Shown here: positions 55,131-64,000 of the stretch, piece by piece
Numbering within the stretch: position 1 is the stretch's first letter
Layout: each line of letters starts with the position of its first letter
Virus record (IMG/VR): IMGVR_UViG_3300027902_000001
Span: 1 to 64,000 of that record
Source of the DNA: a virus
DNA: 64,000 bases
Direction: 5' to 3' (one strand)
Translations under genes and position numbers: made by a program
The notes under the pieces: generated by a model
Database searches by the model: none
Seen by the model: only the letters and a program-made list of their open reading frames with translations
Told to the model about the DNA's origin: nothing

Positions 55131-58109
55131 ATGTCACAATTTTTTACAATCAAACCGCTCACAGCCGCTGAGTTTGAGGCGCCCGAAGCCAATGATGGGC
55201 AAGTCCTGACAGCAGACGGTGCGGGTAAAGCAATCTGGGAGGATTCTACAGGTGGCGGCGCAGGCGTCACGGACGTGACCTATGCGGAACTGGTCGCGGC
55301 CATCGGCGCAGACGCACTGACTCCGGGGGGCTGGTATCGGATCACGGACTACGCCACTACACATTACATCGTAGACGGCGACGGCACCATCTACACGTCG
55401 CCGGTCGCGCAGGTAGACACCGTCACATTGAGCGGAACCAGCGGCACGGCCACGATTGACGTAGTCGGCGGCTTGAGCAAACTGGCGACATTCGACGGCG
55501 ACCTGGAGACTACGGCGGCCAACTTTGTGACCGACTGGGCCGCCGCCTACCTGGCAAACCCGATTCGCGTTGTCGTTACGTCTTCCGGCCCTGACATCAT
55601 CTTCACCGCCGAAGTTCCCGGCACAGCGTTTGATCGACCCACCATCGCGAACGTTTCCGGCGACTTGGGGCTGGCAGTCGCACAGGTTGACACGCTGACG
55701 TTGAGCGGCACGGACGGCAGCGCAGAAATCACCATTGACAGCGTGGTGCGCAGCATCACATTTACAGACGACCTGGCCACCACCGCAGAAGATTTCTTCA
55801 CGGCGCACGCAACCGCCTACGCAGTGCTCGGCATCATTCTCGCCAACAGCGACGCCGACCTGATCTTTACTGCCGTCGCACCCGGCACGCCCTTTACGTC
55901 GCCAACCATAACCAACCTCGACGGTTCCCTGGACGGCACAGTTGATCCCACCGAAACCAACCAGGTAGCCGCAATCAGCATGCACACCACCGCCAACGAT
56001 AACCCCGTCATCGTCGGTGAGACTGAGCCGCTGCTCGTACTGGCCACCGCCACCGATCAAATCGACGGGCAGGTATACTCCGTCTTGCACCCGGAAGACC
56101 AGATCAGATATGACTGGAACCCGGATAACTGGCTGTATGACCTTTCGTTCTGCGAGGACCAGGCTACCATCATCGCAGGTTGGAAGGGCGTCATCGTGTT
56201 CCGTTGGGACACCACCTTTGACAATTACGCCGGGTACGACTGGCGCAACGTCCTATTCCGCAGGTGGCAGACGGATGCAGAACCGTGGGACGCCGACGCG
56301 GGGTATTCTGCAGGCAGCATCGTGAACTACGGAGGAGTCACTGGGGGCGTCTACCAGGCCATGTTTGACATCCCCGCGAGTGAAGCGCAGATCCACACCG
56401 TAACACTCACCGGCACGGTCGGCTCCGCCACCATCGACACGGCCGGCGGCTTGTCGAAACTGCTCACGTTCGCGGATGACCTGGAGACGACAGCCGGCGA
56501 CTTTGTGACGACCTGGCAGGACGATTACCTGCTGCAAGGCATCGTCGTCACAGCGAGCAGCGCCGATTTGATTTTCACGGCCCTGATTCCCGGCACGGCC
56601 TTTGACGCGCCGACCGTCAACAATCTGACCGGCGACCTCTGCCTCGCCGTCGCGCAGGTGGAGACGTTGACGCTCACCGGCACGGACGGCACCGCGGACA
56701 TTTCGGCAGCCGGAGGATTGACGCGAACAGCGACGTTCGCCAGCGACCTGGGAACCACGGCCGGCAACTTCGTCACGGCCAACGCGGCAGCCTACCTGGT
56801 CGAACACATCGTGCTGACCAGCAGCGGCGCAGACTTGATTTTCACCGCCGAAGTTCCCGGCACAGCGTTCGTGCCGCCAGTCATCGAAAACGCAACCCTG
56901 TCCCTGGACGGCACGGTAGACCCAACGACACCGAACAATCCCGCGCCGACAATCGCGCCGGCCCACGCCAACGTGCCGCCAAACAGCGACCCGGCAACGG
57001 ACACCGCCAACTGGATCAAGTTGCTCGCTCTGTCCAGCATCCAGAATTGGAACGCCGAACCGTCATCCTGGTTGGGTGTGCCATCGGCAACGCAAGAATT
57101 TGCCGACTACATCACATTCAAGTATGACGATCCATTCAAAAATTACATTCGCGGCAACCATCTTGAGCCGATGCGCGACGACGCCAACTACTGGAATGAC
57201 ATAGCCACGATCCTATCCAATAATGTACTACTCGGCGCGAACACGTACGCCAACGTGCTCGGCGCGGGCGCGAACTCCAACGTGCTCGGCGTGGGCGCGT
57301 ACTTCAACGTGCTCGGCGCGGGCGCGACCTCCAACATGCTCGGCGCGGGCGCGAAATCCAACGTACTCGGCGCGAACACGTACGCCAACGTGCTCGGCGT
57401 GGGCGCGCAGTACAACGTGCTCGGCGCGGGCGCGCAGTACAACGTGCTCGGCGCGGGCGCGCAGTACAACGTGCTCGGCGCGAACACGTACGCCAACGTG
57501 CTCGGCGTGGGCGCGCAGTACAACGTGCTCGGCGCGGGCGCGCAGTACAACGTGCTCGGCGCGAACACGTACGCCAACGTGCTCGGCGCGAACACGTACG
57601 CCAACGTGCTCGGCGTGGGCGCGCAGTACAACGTGCTCGGCGCGGGCGCGCAGTACAACGTGCTCGGCGCGGGCGCGTACTTCAACGTGCTCGACGTGGC
57701 CGCGTACGCCAACGTGCTCGGCGCGAGCGCGCAGTTCAACGTGCTCGGCGTGGGCGCGACCTCCAACATGCTCGGCGCGTACGCGACCTCCAACATGCTC
57801 GGCGCGGGCGCGAACTTCAACGTGCTCGGCGCGAACGCGAACTACAATGTGCTCGGCGCGAACACGTACGCCAACATGCTCGGCGCGGGCGCGAACTTCA
57901 ACGTGCTCGGCGCGAACGCGAACTACAATGTGCTCGGCGCGGGCGCGCAGTACAACGATTTTGCTCCCGGTGTCATGGACCTCGACTGCACCCTGGGAAC
58001 CCACGTCTACGCCGCCTACCAATGCTGGATTGCAGTCGACAACACGCTCGGCGCACGGCTGCGCTACTATGACAACGATACGGTAGTCTTTGCCGACCCA
58101 ACTGCCTGA
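55131..58109 (+). CDS. Fibre/decoration protein with 4 internal beta domains and a C-terminal 9-aa repeat array
   Basis: GQVLTADG, VTYAEL..L.PG.WYRITDY, four AQ(V/I).T.TL.GT repeats, NVLGAGAQY array. Confidence 0.7.
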   Translation: MSQFFTIKPLTAAEFEAPEANDGQVLTADGAGKAIWEDSTGGGAGVTDVTYAELVAAIGADALTPGGWYRITDYATTHYIVDGDGTIYTSPVAQVDTVTLSGTSGTATIDVVGGLSKLATFDGDLETTAANFVTDWAAAYLANPIRVVVTSSGPDIIFTAEVPGTAFDRPTIANVSGDLGLAVAQVDTLTLSGTDGSAEITIDSVVRSITFTDDLATTAEDFFTAHATAYAVLGIILANSDADLIFTAVAPGTPFTSPTITNLDGSLDGTVDPTETNQVAAISMHTTANDNPVIVGETEPLLVLATATDQIDGQVYSVLHPEDQIRYDWNPDNWLYDLSFCEDQATIIAGWKGVIVFRWDTTFDNYAGYDWRNVLFRRWQTDAEPWDADAGYSAGSIVNYGGVTGGVYQAMFDIPASEAQIHTVTLTGTVGSATIDTAGGLSKLLTFADDLETTAGDFVTTWQDDYLLQGIVVTASSADLIFTALIPGTAFDAPTVNNLTGDLCLAVAQVETLTLTGTDGTADISAAGGLTRTATFASDLGTTAGNFVTANAAAYLVEHIVLTSSGADLIFTAEVPGTAFVPPVIENATLSLDGTVDPTTPNNPAPTIAPAHANVPPNSDPATDTANWIKLLALSSIQNWNAEPSSWLGVPSATQEFADYITFKYDDPFKNYIRGNHLEPMRDDANYWNDIATILSNNVLLGANTYANVLGAGANSNVLGVGAYFNVLGAGATSNMLGAGAKSNVLGANTYANVLGVGAQYNVLGAGAQYNVLGAGAQYNVLGANTYANVLGVGAQYNVLGAGAQYNVLGANTYANVLGANTYANVLGVGAQYNVLGAGAQYNVLGAGAYFNVLDVAAYANVLGASAQFNVLGVGATSNMLGAYATSNMLGAGANFNVLGANANYNVLGANTYANMLGAGANFNVLGANANYNVLGAGAQYNDFAPGVMDLDCTLGTHVYAAYQCWIAVDNTLGARLRYYDNDTVVFADPTA
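57220..57957 (+). repeat. 27-nt tandem repeat (about 27 units) encoding NVLGxxxxx
   Basis: aacgtgctcggcgcgggcgcgcagtac and variants. Confidence 0.95.
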
Positions 58110-58119
58110 AAGGACACCT

Positions 58120-58698
58120 ATGCATACTCCCGCGCAAATCGCCCTCCGCCGAACCGAACAGAGACAACGGCCGCCGCATCCCGAACCCGTCCAACCGCCG
58201 CGGCCACCCGACCCGCCACGCCCGATCAACCCGCGCGTCAAGTTGCTCGTCCAGGAGTTGACCGCGTATCCTGAGACCTACCTCGACCTGACCGCGCCTG
58301 AGATTGCGGCGCTGCTGAACGCGGCCGGCAGCATGGAAAACCCCGCGCCGCAAGCCGACCTGCCGGCGCTGCAAAGCATCGTGCAGGCCATGACGGTGAT
58401 CAACAGCAAGGAAGCCCTGGCCATCTACCAGGTCGGCAACGGAGAGTTGAAGCGTGACATCGAAGCGGTCATTGCCAGCCGCAACCCGGAGGCGATGGCA
58501 GCAGTTTTTAGAATCATCGCGCCGATGCTATCGGAGGAAAGTCAGAAGTACCTGCTTGAGCTGCTCGCGCAGACCATCCCCGATCCGACCTGGACACCGA
58601 CCGTGCCCACGCCCAGCCGCGCAAAGCAGATTGGCATCGGGCAAACCAACGCCGTCGAAGTGATCCAGGCGCAGGAGATCGTTGCAAAGGCGGCATAA
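58120..58698 (+). CDS. Hypothetical virion-region protein
   Basis: AAGGA RBS; Pro-rich N-terminus. Confidence 0.55.
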   Translation: MHTPAQIALRRTEQRQRPPHPEPVQPPRPPDPPRPINPRVKLLVQELTAYPETYLDLTAPEIAALLNAAGSMENPAPQADLPALQSIVQAMTVINSKEALAIYQVGNGELKRDIEAVIASRNPEAMAAVFRIIAPMLSEESQKYLLELLAQTIPDPTWTPTVPTPSRAKQIGIGQTNAVEVIQAQEIVAKAA

Positions 58699-58700
58699 GC

Positions 58701-60899
58701 ATGGCAAATGAACTACAGGCGCATGGCATCACAACTGGTAAAACGCTGTACGCTGTACGGATTACCTCAACCGGGCTTTACTGGAATGGTGCCACACACG
58801 TCGCGTACAACGCTGCCAACTGGACGACTTATGCCATTGCGCTGACCGAGATCGGGGCGGGCAGTTATATGGCGACGATGCCGACTGCCGCCGCGGGCGT
58901 CTATGCGTATCCAGTCTATGAGCAGGCAGGCGCTTCTCCCGCGGTGACAGATGCAAAAAGGGGCATAGGATCAATCGGCTGGAATGGTGCAATCGAGATT
59001 TTGCCTGTCAACATTCTTCAGGTCAGCGGCACAGCGCAGACGGCGCGCGACCTGGGGCTGGCGCTGCCGGCGGCCGCCCCAGGCGGGGCTGGTGGCCTGG
59101 CACTCACCGGAGCCGTGGGTGTGGCTGTGGCCTACGCGCCGAACGCAGCCATCACGAACACGGGCGGTGGTGCCGAGGTCAACACTTACACCGCACTGGC
59201 CGCGCGGGATGGTGTCGAATACACGGTACGCGAGGTCAACTCCTCCCCGAATAACATCAACATCACAATCACGCGCACTGTCTCGACCATCACCGAAACG
59301 CCATCCGTGCTGCGTGTCGCCGGTTGGTACAACGCCTCCGGCTCGACCCACTGGATCACGGTGCTGGCCTGGGATTACTTACAGGCTGTGCCCGGCTTCG
59401 TCGCCATCGGCACGATGCTCCCGCGCGCATCCGCATTTGATTACGTCTTTCCCCTTGGTGTCGCCAATCACAACGCAGCCACCGGCGAGATGAAGATACA
59501 GTTCCTGCACAACGCCGTGACGGGCAATACCTCGCACTATCTCCAACTGGATTACGTGTCGTTCGAGAAGATGGGCACCTCATCGGCTTTGTCTGGTGAC
59601 GTGGCCGCAATTCGCGCCAAGACCGATCAATTGGGGTTCAATTCCGGGAACCTGAAGGCGGACATCCAGATGTGGCTGGCTGCTGCTCCGTTGGCGTTGT
59701 CCAGCCAGCAGGTGCAGGCGGTCGTGCCCGATACGCAGAAGGTGGACGTCAACACTATGAAGGCGAAAGGCGTCACCGTCGATACAGGCGGCACCACCTT
59801 CCCCGCAACTGTAGGTAGTGGTACAAGTACTTTTGCAGGCGGCGCGGTGGCAAGCGTGACAGGAGACGTGGGCGGCAAGGTATTAGGTGGTGGTATAAGT
59901 ACGATTACTGGCATAGGCGCGTGGGTGGCAGGCGCAGCAGGCGCGGCGGTAGCCCTGGTTGGATCGGTCATGGGTAAGTCGCCAGCGACATTGGACTGGA
60001 CGGCGGATGTGTCCAGCAAGCCGACCATTGGTACCGGCATGGCAGGTGAAGCAGCGACGGCGGTCAGCGGCCTGGCGACGGCGACGAACGTCAGCGACGC
60101 CGTGACTGCGATCAAAAAATGGCTGCGGCTCATGTTTCGCAAGGACCCCAATATCAAGAGCGATTACGCAACCGAACTGGCCGACATCAACGCCAATACC
60201 GGTGCGGGTGTTGGCACAGTGGACAATACCACCGATAGCCTGGAAGCGCGTGCCGATCTCGGCCTCAGCGCGCAAGCCAAGCTCGACGTAAATGCCGAGG
60301 CGGACAGCGCGCTGACAGATTACGGCGCAAACAAGGTGGCACCGCCGACTGCCGACGATGTGGCGGCTAAGATTCTGGTGACACCGGCCAATAAGCTTGC
60401 TACGGATGGTACGGGGCGCGTCACGCCCAGCATTGTCACCGCCGCGGCTCCCACGACCGCCGATATCAAGACGGCCTTGGAAGTGGACGGTGGGATGCTG
60501 GATCACCTGCACGAGATGACCGAGGACGATGGAGGTGTGCGACGACTGACGGCGAATGCATTGGAGCAAGCCCCGACTGGTGGTGTAGCTCCCACTGTGG
60601 GCCAAATCGACACGCAACTATCAACTACGCATGGGCCTGGCGTGTGGGGAGCCGGCGTCGGCGTCTTCAGCAAGGTCTACACGGCGACGGTCGATGGTGT
60701 GGTTGCGGCGGGCGTGTATTGCCGCCTCTGTCTGGATACTGCCGGCACGATTCAGGTGGACGCCGGCCTCACGAACAGCCTGGGCCAAGTTACCTTCCAT
60801 CACAACATTCCGGTCGGCACGACGGTCTACGTGTTCCCGTCCAAGGACGGCGTAGAGTTCAGCTTCGGCGGGTTGCCATATGATACTGAGGTGGTCTAA
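58701..60899 (+). CDS. Putative virion fibre/decoration protein
   Basis: 732 aa, Ala/Thr/Gly-rich mosaic. Confidence 0.55.
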   Translation: MANELQAHGITTGKTLYAVRITSTGLYWNGATHVAYNAANWTTYAIALTEIGAGSYMATMPTAAAGVYAYPVYEQAGASPAVTDAKRGIGSIGWNGAIEILPVNILQVSGTAQTARDLGLALPAAAPGGAGGLALTGAVGVAVAYAPNAAITNTGGGAEVNTYTALAARDGVEYTVREVNSSPNNINITITRTVSTITETPSVLRVAGWYNASGSTHWITVLAWDYLQAVPGFVAIGTMLPRASAFDYVFPLGVANHNAATGEMKIQFLHNAVTGNTSHYLQLDYVSFEKMGTSSALSGDVAAIRAKTDQLGFNSGNLKADIQMWLAAAPLALSSQQVQAVVPDTQKVDVNTMKAKGVTVDTGGTTFPATVGSGTSTFAGGAVASVTGDVGGKVLGGGISTITGIGAWVAGAAGAAVALVGSVMGKSPATLDWTADVSSKPTIGTGMAGEAATAVSGLATATNVSDAVTAIKKWLRLMFRKDPNIKSDYATELADINANTGAGVGTVDNTTDSLEARADLGLSAQAKLDVNAEADSALTDYGANKVAPPTADDVAAKILVTPANKLATDGTGRVTPSIVTAAAPTTADIKTALEVDGGMLDHLHEMTEDDGGVRRLTANALEQAPTGGVAPTVGQIDTQLSTTHGPGVWGAGVGVFSKVYTATVDGVVAAGVYCRLCLDTAGTIQVDAGLTNSLGQVTFHHNIPVGTTVYVFPSKDGVEFSFGGLPYDTEVV

Positions 60900-61810
60900 T
60901 GACTGATTGGACCGGAGCCGGCACGACGATTACAGTTACGCCGAGTGTGGGTGCAGCGGCCTGTCTGGAATATCTGACGGTCGCCGACGTGCGCGCCGAG
61001 TACGGCGATGACGTGGTCGATCTCACCGACGCGCAGTTGCAGCGCCGCATTGATCGCCTGGTCGCCAGTCTGCAAGCCAAACTTGGACACACCTTCGGCC
61101 AGGCGTTGATCGCGCGCTCGACCGCCGCCGACACGGTACAAGTTACCGCTACGGCGCTGCTTATCGGCGGTACTTCCTTTGCCTTCGCCACCTACCCGAC
61201 CCTCTACGATCTGATTGCCGCGGTGAGTGCAGCCAGCGCGGTTTTCAGCCTGGAGTTACTGCCCAACGTGCGGGCCGGCACGCCCTCGACCCTCCTGGCC
61301 GCGCACGGAGCCGCGACGTGCGGGCCGGGCGCGGAGCGGCGCGTCGTGCTCTGCCTGGACGCCCTGTACTGCAAGCTCAGCGGCGCGCACGAGTCGCACC
61401 TGTTCCTGCCGTCGCCGGTGCAGGAAGTCATTACGGTAGTCGAGAACAACGTCGTATTGAGCGCAGCCGCTTACTGGTCAGTGCTCGGTGAAAGTTGGTT
61501 GATCCGCAAGTTGTGCGGCTGCACTGCCAGCGATGATTGTCCGCATCCGACCGGCGCGTGGCCCAATACCTACCCCGGCAACATCGCCGTGACCTACGTG
61601 CCGTCCTGGTGGGGCCACGTGCCCGCCGATTTGCAGGGCGCGCTGTTGGATGCCTTTGGCGCGAAGTTGGGCGGCGGCGCAGCGGGTGGCCTGATCGCCG
61701 AGGACTTCGGCGAGTACAGCTATCACAAGGGCGCGACACGCGCCGATACCTGGGATGAAATCCTGGGCGGGGCGACGGTGCGGCGCTACGCGACGAAGTT
61801 CCAACCATGA
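60899..61810 (+). CDS. Putative head-tail adaptor
   Basis: YLTVADVR N-terminus; VTY..W..VPADL; E.FGEYSY. Confidence 0.6.
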   Translation: MTDWTGAGTTITVTPSVGAAACLEYLTVADVRAEYGDDVVDLTDAQLQRRIDRLVASLQAKLGHTFGQALIARSTAADTVQVTATALLIGGTSFAFATYPTLYDLIAAVSAASAVFSLELLPNVRAGTPSTLLAAHGAATCGPGAERRVVLCLDALYCKLSGAHESHLFLPSPVQEVITVVENNVVLSAAAYWSVLGESWLIRKLCGCTASDDCPHPTGAWPNTYPGNIAVTYVPSWWGHVPADLQGALLDAFGAKLGGGAAGGLIAEDFGEYSYHKGATRADTWDEILGGATVRRYATKFQP

Positions 61811-64000
61811 AGCCGACCAAGACGGTCTGCATGTTGCCGCGCTTCGCGGCGACCGACATCGGCGGCGTGGCGATGCACGAACGCCAGTTGTGCCAGCAGC
61901 TTGAAAAACATGGTTGGACCATTGTGCCGCGGCCCGATGGGCACGCGCTGGTGCACACACATGCCCTGACACGCGCGCCGCAGGTAGATGCCTTTACCTG
62001 CCACGGCGTCTACCCGATTAAAGAGCAGATGCCGGCCTGGCAGCGGGACGCCAACCGCCAAATCTTCGACAATCTCAAACTGGCGCGGCGCGTGATCGCC
62101 GTCTCGCAATGGACCGCCGATCAGTGGCGACATCTGAACGGCGTCACACCGACGATCATCCCGAATGGCATCGACCTGGCGCAATGGCAACACGTGCCGA
62201 CTGGCGTCTGGCGCAGCAAGCTCAAACTGGACAAGCGCACGCCTATCGCGGTGTGGGGCAAGACCAGCGTCTCGGAAGTGCTGGACCCGACGCCCGCCGT
62301 CGAACTGGCGCTGCGTAATCCCAAGTTGGCGGTCGTCGCGCCGTTGCCGGCCAATGCACTGCCCTTTGCGCCCAAGAACTTCTACTGCATCGGCGCGCAG
62401 CCGTTCGCGGCCATGCAAGCCTTGCTGGCGGATTGTGACATCTACCTGGCGACGGTGTGCGAGAACCACGCCATTCAGGTCCTGGAGGCAATGGCGCTGG
62501 GCCGGGCAACGATCTTGGGTTACGCCTGGGGCGGCACGGCGGAGACGGTCACGGATGGCTGTGGTCTGCTGGTGCCACCCGGCGACATGGATGCCCTGCA
62601 CGAAGCCCTGTGGCCGGCTTATGAGCAGCGCCAACTGTTCGGCGCGCAGGCCCAGGCGCGCGTAGCTGAGCATTACACCTGGGACAAACTGATCGACCAG
62701 GTACTGGAGGTTTACGCTCAAGTGCAAGATGAACGCCAGGTCGAACTTGACACGCTGCACGCCATCAAGTGCTCGATCATCATTCCGGTCTACAACAAAG
62801 CGCCGTGGGTCGCCGAGACCATCCAGAGTGCCTTGGCGCAGATCGGCGCGCCGCCCTATGAGATCATCGTCGTCAACGACGGCTCTAAGGACAACAGCCT
62901 GGCGGTCGTCAAGCAAGCGGCGAGGCGCGATCCGCGCGTGCGCATCTTCGACCGCGCCAACGCGGGCGTCTCGGCGGCGCGCAACTTCGGCATCGAGCAG
63001 GCGCACGGCCAGTACATCTGCTGCCTGGACGCCGACGATCTGATCGACCCCTACTTCCTGGCGCGTCTGTCGCCCGCGTTGGACAGCGACCCCGGTCTGG
63101 GTATCGCCTACAGTGATTTCGTCTCCTTCGGCGTCAACGAGCAGGGCCAGGAGTGGGAAGCCTACATCCGTTGTGACGAATACGACTTCGACAAGCTCAG
63201 GCGCGACAATTTCCTGCCCTGTTGTAATCTGTTTCGTAAGGTCGCCTGGCAGCGCGCCGGGGGCTACAAGCCGATCAATCCGTCCTGGGAAGACTACGAG
63301 TTGTGGCTCAACCTGGGCAAGCTGGGTTGGTACGGGCGGCGTATCCCGGAAGGTTTGTTCCGCTACCGCAAGATACCCAATGTGGGCCGCGATCACGAGA
63401 GCCAGGGCAAAGTCTGGCGCTTGCGGGCGACCGTCAACGCCTATCATCGCGACCTGTACCCTCCGCTGGTATCGTTCATCGTGCCCTGCTTCAAGCACTC
63501 GCAGTTTCTGCGGGAGGCACTGGACAGCATTCAGGCGCAAACCTTCGTCGATCACGAGACGGTCGTCGTCGACGACGGCAACGACGCCGTAGAGGCAGCC
63601 GCGATCCAAGCTATCTGTGATGCCTATCCCGGCGTGCGTGTGGTCAAGCTGGCGCATAACAGCGGGCTGGCGACGGCGCGTAATGCGGGCTGCGAGGCGG
63701 CGCGCGGGCAATGGCTGGCCATATTGGATGCCGACGATAGGGTCGCGCCGACCTTCATCGAGGCCGCCCTGCGCACCATTGAGGCCCACCCCAAGCGTTT
63801 CGCCTACACTGATTCCTGGCTCTGGTGGCCCGACGATGCCAAGAAGCCCATGAAGGAACTCAAGGCGCATGATTACGACTTCAACGAACTGCTGGTGCGC
63901 ATCACCTGGGCGTGCAGCATTCTGGTACATCGGGACGCCTGGCGCGCGGTGGGCGGCTACAAGCCGGAGATGAGCGCCGTGGGCGGCTGGGAGGACTGGG
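61807..64000 (+). CDS. Multidomain glycosyltransferase GT4-GT2-GT2 (3' truncated; absent from the ORF track)
   Basis: IAVSQW, IPNGID, ENHAIQVLEAMALG (GT4); SIIIPVYN..VNDGSKD..LDADD and SFIVPCF..VDDG..LDADD (two GT2). Confidence 0.88.
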   Translation, partial: MKPTKTVCMLPRFAATDIGGVAMHERQLCQQLEKHGWTIVPRPDGHALVHTHALTRAPQVDAFTCHGVYPIKEQMPAWQRDANRQIFDNLKLARRVIAVSQWTADQWRHLNGVTPTIIPNGIDLAQWQHVPTGVWRSKLKLDKRTPIAVWGKTSVSEVLDPTPAVELALRNPKLAVVAPLPANALPFAPKNFYCIGAQPFAAMQALLADCDIYLATVCENHAIQVLEAMALGRATILGYAWGGTAETVTDGCGLLVPPGDMDALHEALWPAYEQRQLFGAQAQARVAEHYTWDKLIDQVLEVYAQVQDERQVELDTLHAIKCSIIIPVYNKAPWVAETIQSALAQIGAPPYEIIVVNDGSKDNSLAVVKQAARRDPRVRIFDRANAGVSAARNFGIEQAHGQYICCLDADDLIDPYFLARLSPALDSDPGLGIAYSDFVSFGVNEQGQEWEAYIRCDEYDFDKLRRDNFLPCCNLFRKVAWQRAGGYKPINPSWEDYELWLNLGKLGWYGRRIPEGLFRYRKIPNVGRDHESQGKVWRLRATVNAYHRDLYPPLVSFIVPCFKHSQFLREALDSIQAQTFVDHETVVVDDGNDAVEAAAIQAICDAYPGVRVVKLAHNSGLATARNAGCEAARGQWLAILDADDRVAPTFIEAALRTIEAHPKRFAYTDSWLWWPDDAKKPMKELKAHDYDFNELLVRITWACSILVHRDAWRAVGGYKPEMSAVGGWEDW

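Noticed and set aside
57220-57957. Repeat array as CRISPR or DGR template/variable repeat
   Set aside because: Units are contiguous, in frame and lack spacers; no cas or reverse transcriptase gene; variation is not adenine-specific
61786-63930. 714-aa - strand ORF (and similar long antisense ORFs at 39468, 51959, 53064 and 222)
   Set aside because: Shadow ORFs of GC-rich + strand genes that carry clear motifs

Overview
The window covers most of a GC-rich tailed-phage (siphovirus-like) genome in circularly permuted order. The + strand carries the tail end (1-11.3 kb). A long - strand early/replication arm follows (11.5-38.3 kb: RNA ligase, RusA, MazG-like, DnaB, replication initiator, RecT-like, GHKL ATPase, tRNA-Glu and many small ORFs). 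A non-coding switch region (38.3-39.3 kb) leads into a + strand packaging/head module: DNA methyltransferase, TerS, intein-containing TerL, portal, prohead protease, major capsid, fibres and a GT4-GT2-GT2 glycosyltransferase running off the end. Several proteins carry Chloroflexota-like surface motifs, so a Chloroflexota host is inferred. No integrase or DNA polymerase was recognised. The most unusual signal is at the RNA level in the early arm. It has two covarying type II hammerhead ribozymes, each between a stop codon and the next Shine-Dalgarno, and four highly base-paired non-coding segments (one directly 3' of the tRNA). It also has a fixed-spacing CATAC-N6-AGGAGG start-associated motif in front of about 11 early gene starts. 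All protein calls come from motif recognition by eye, not from database searches.
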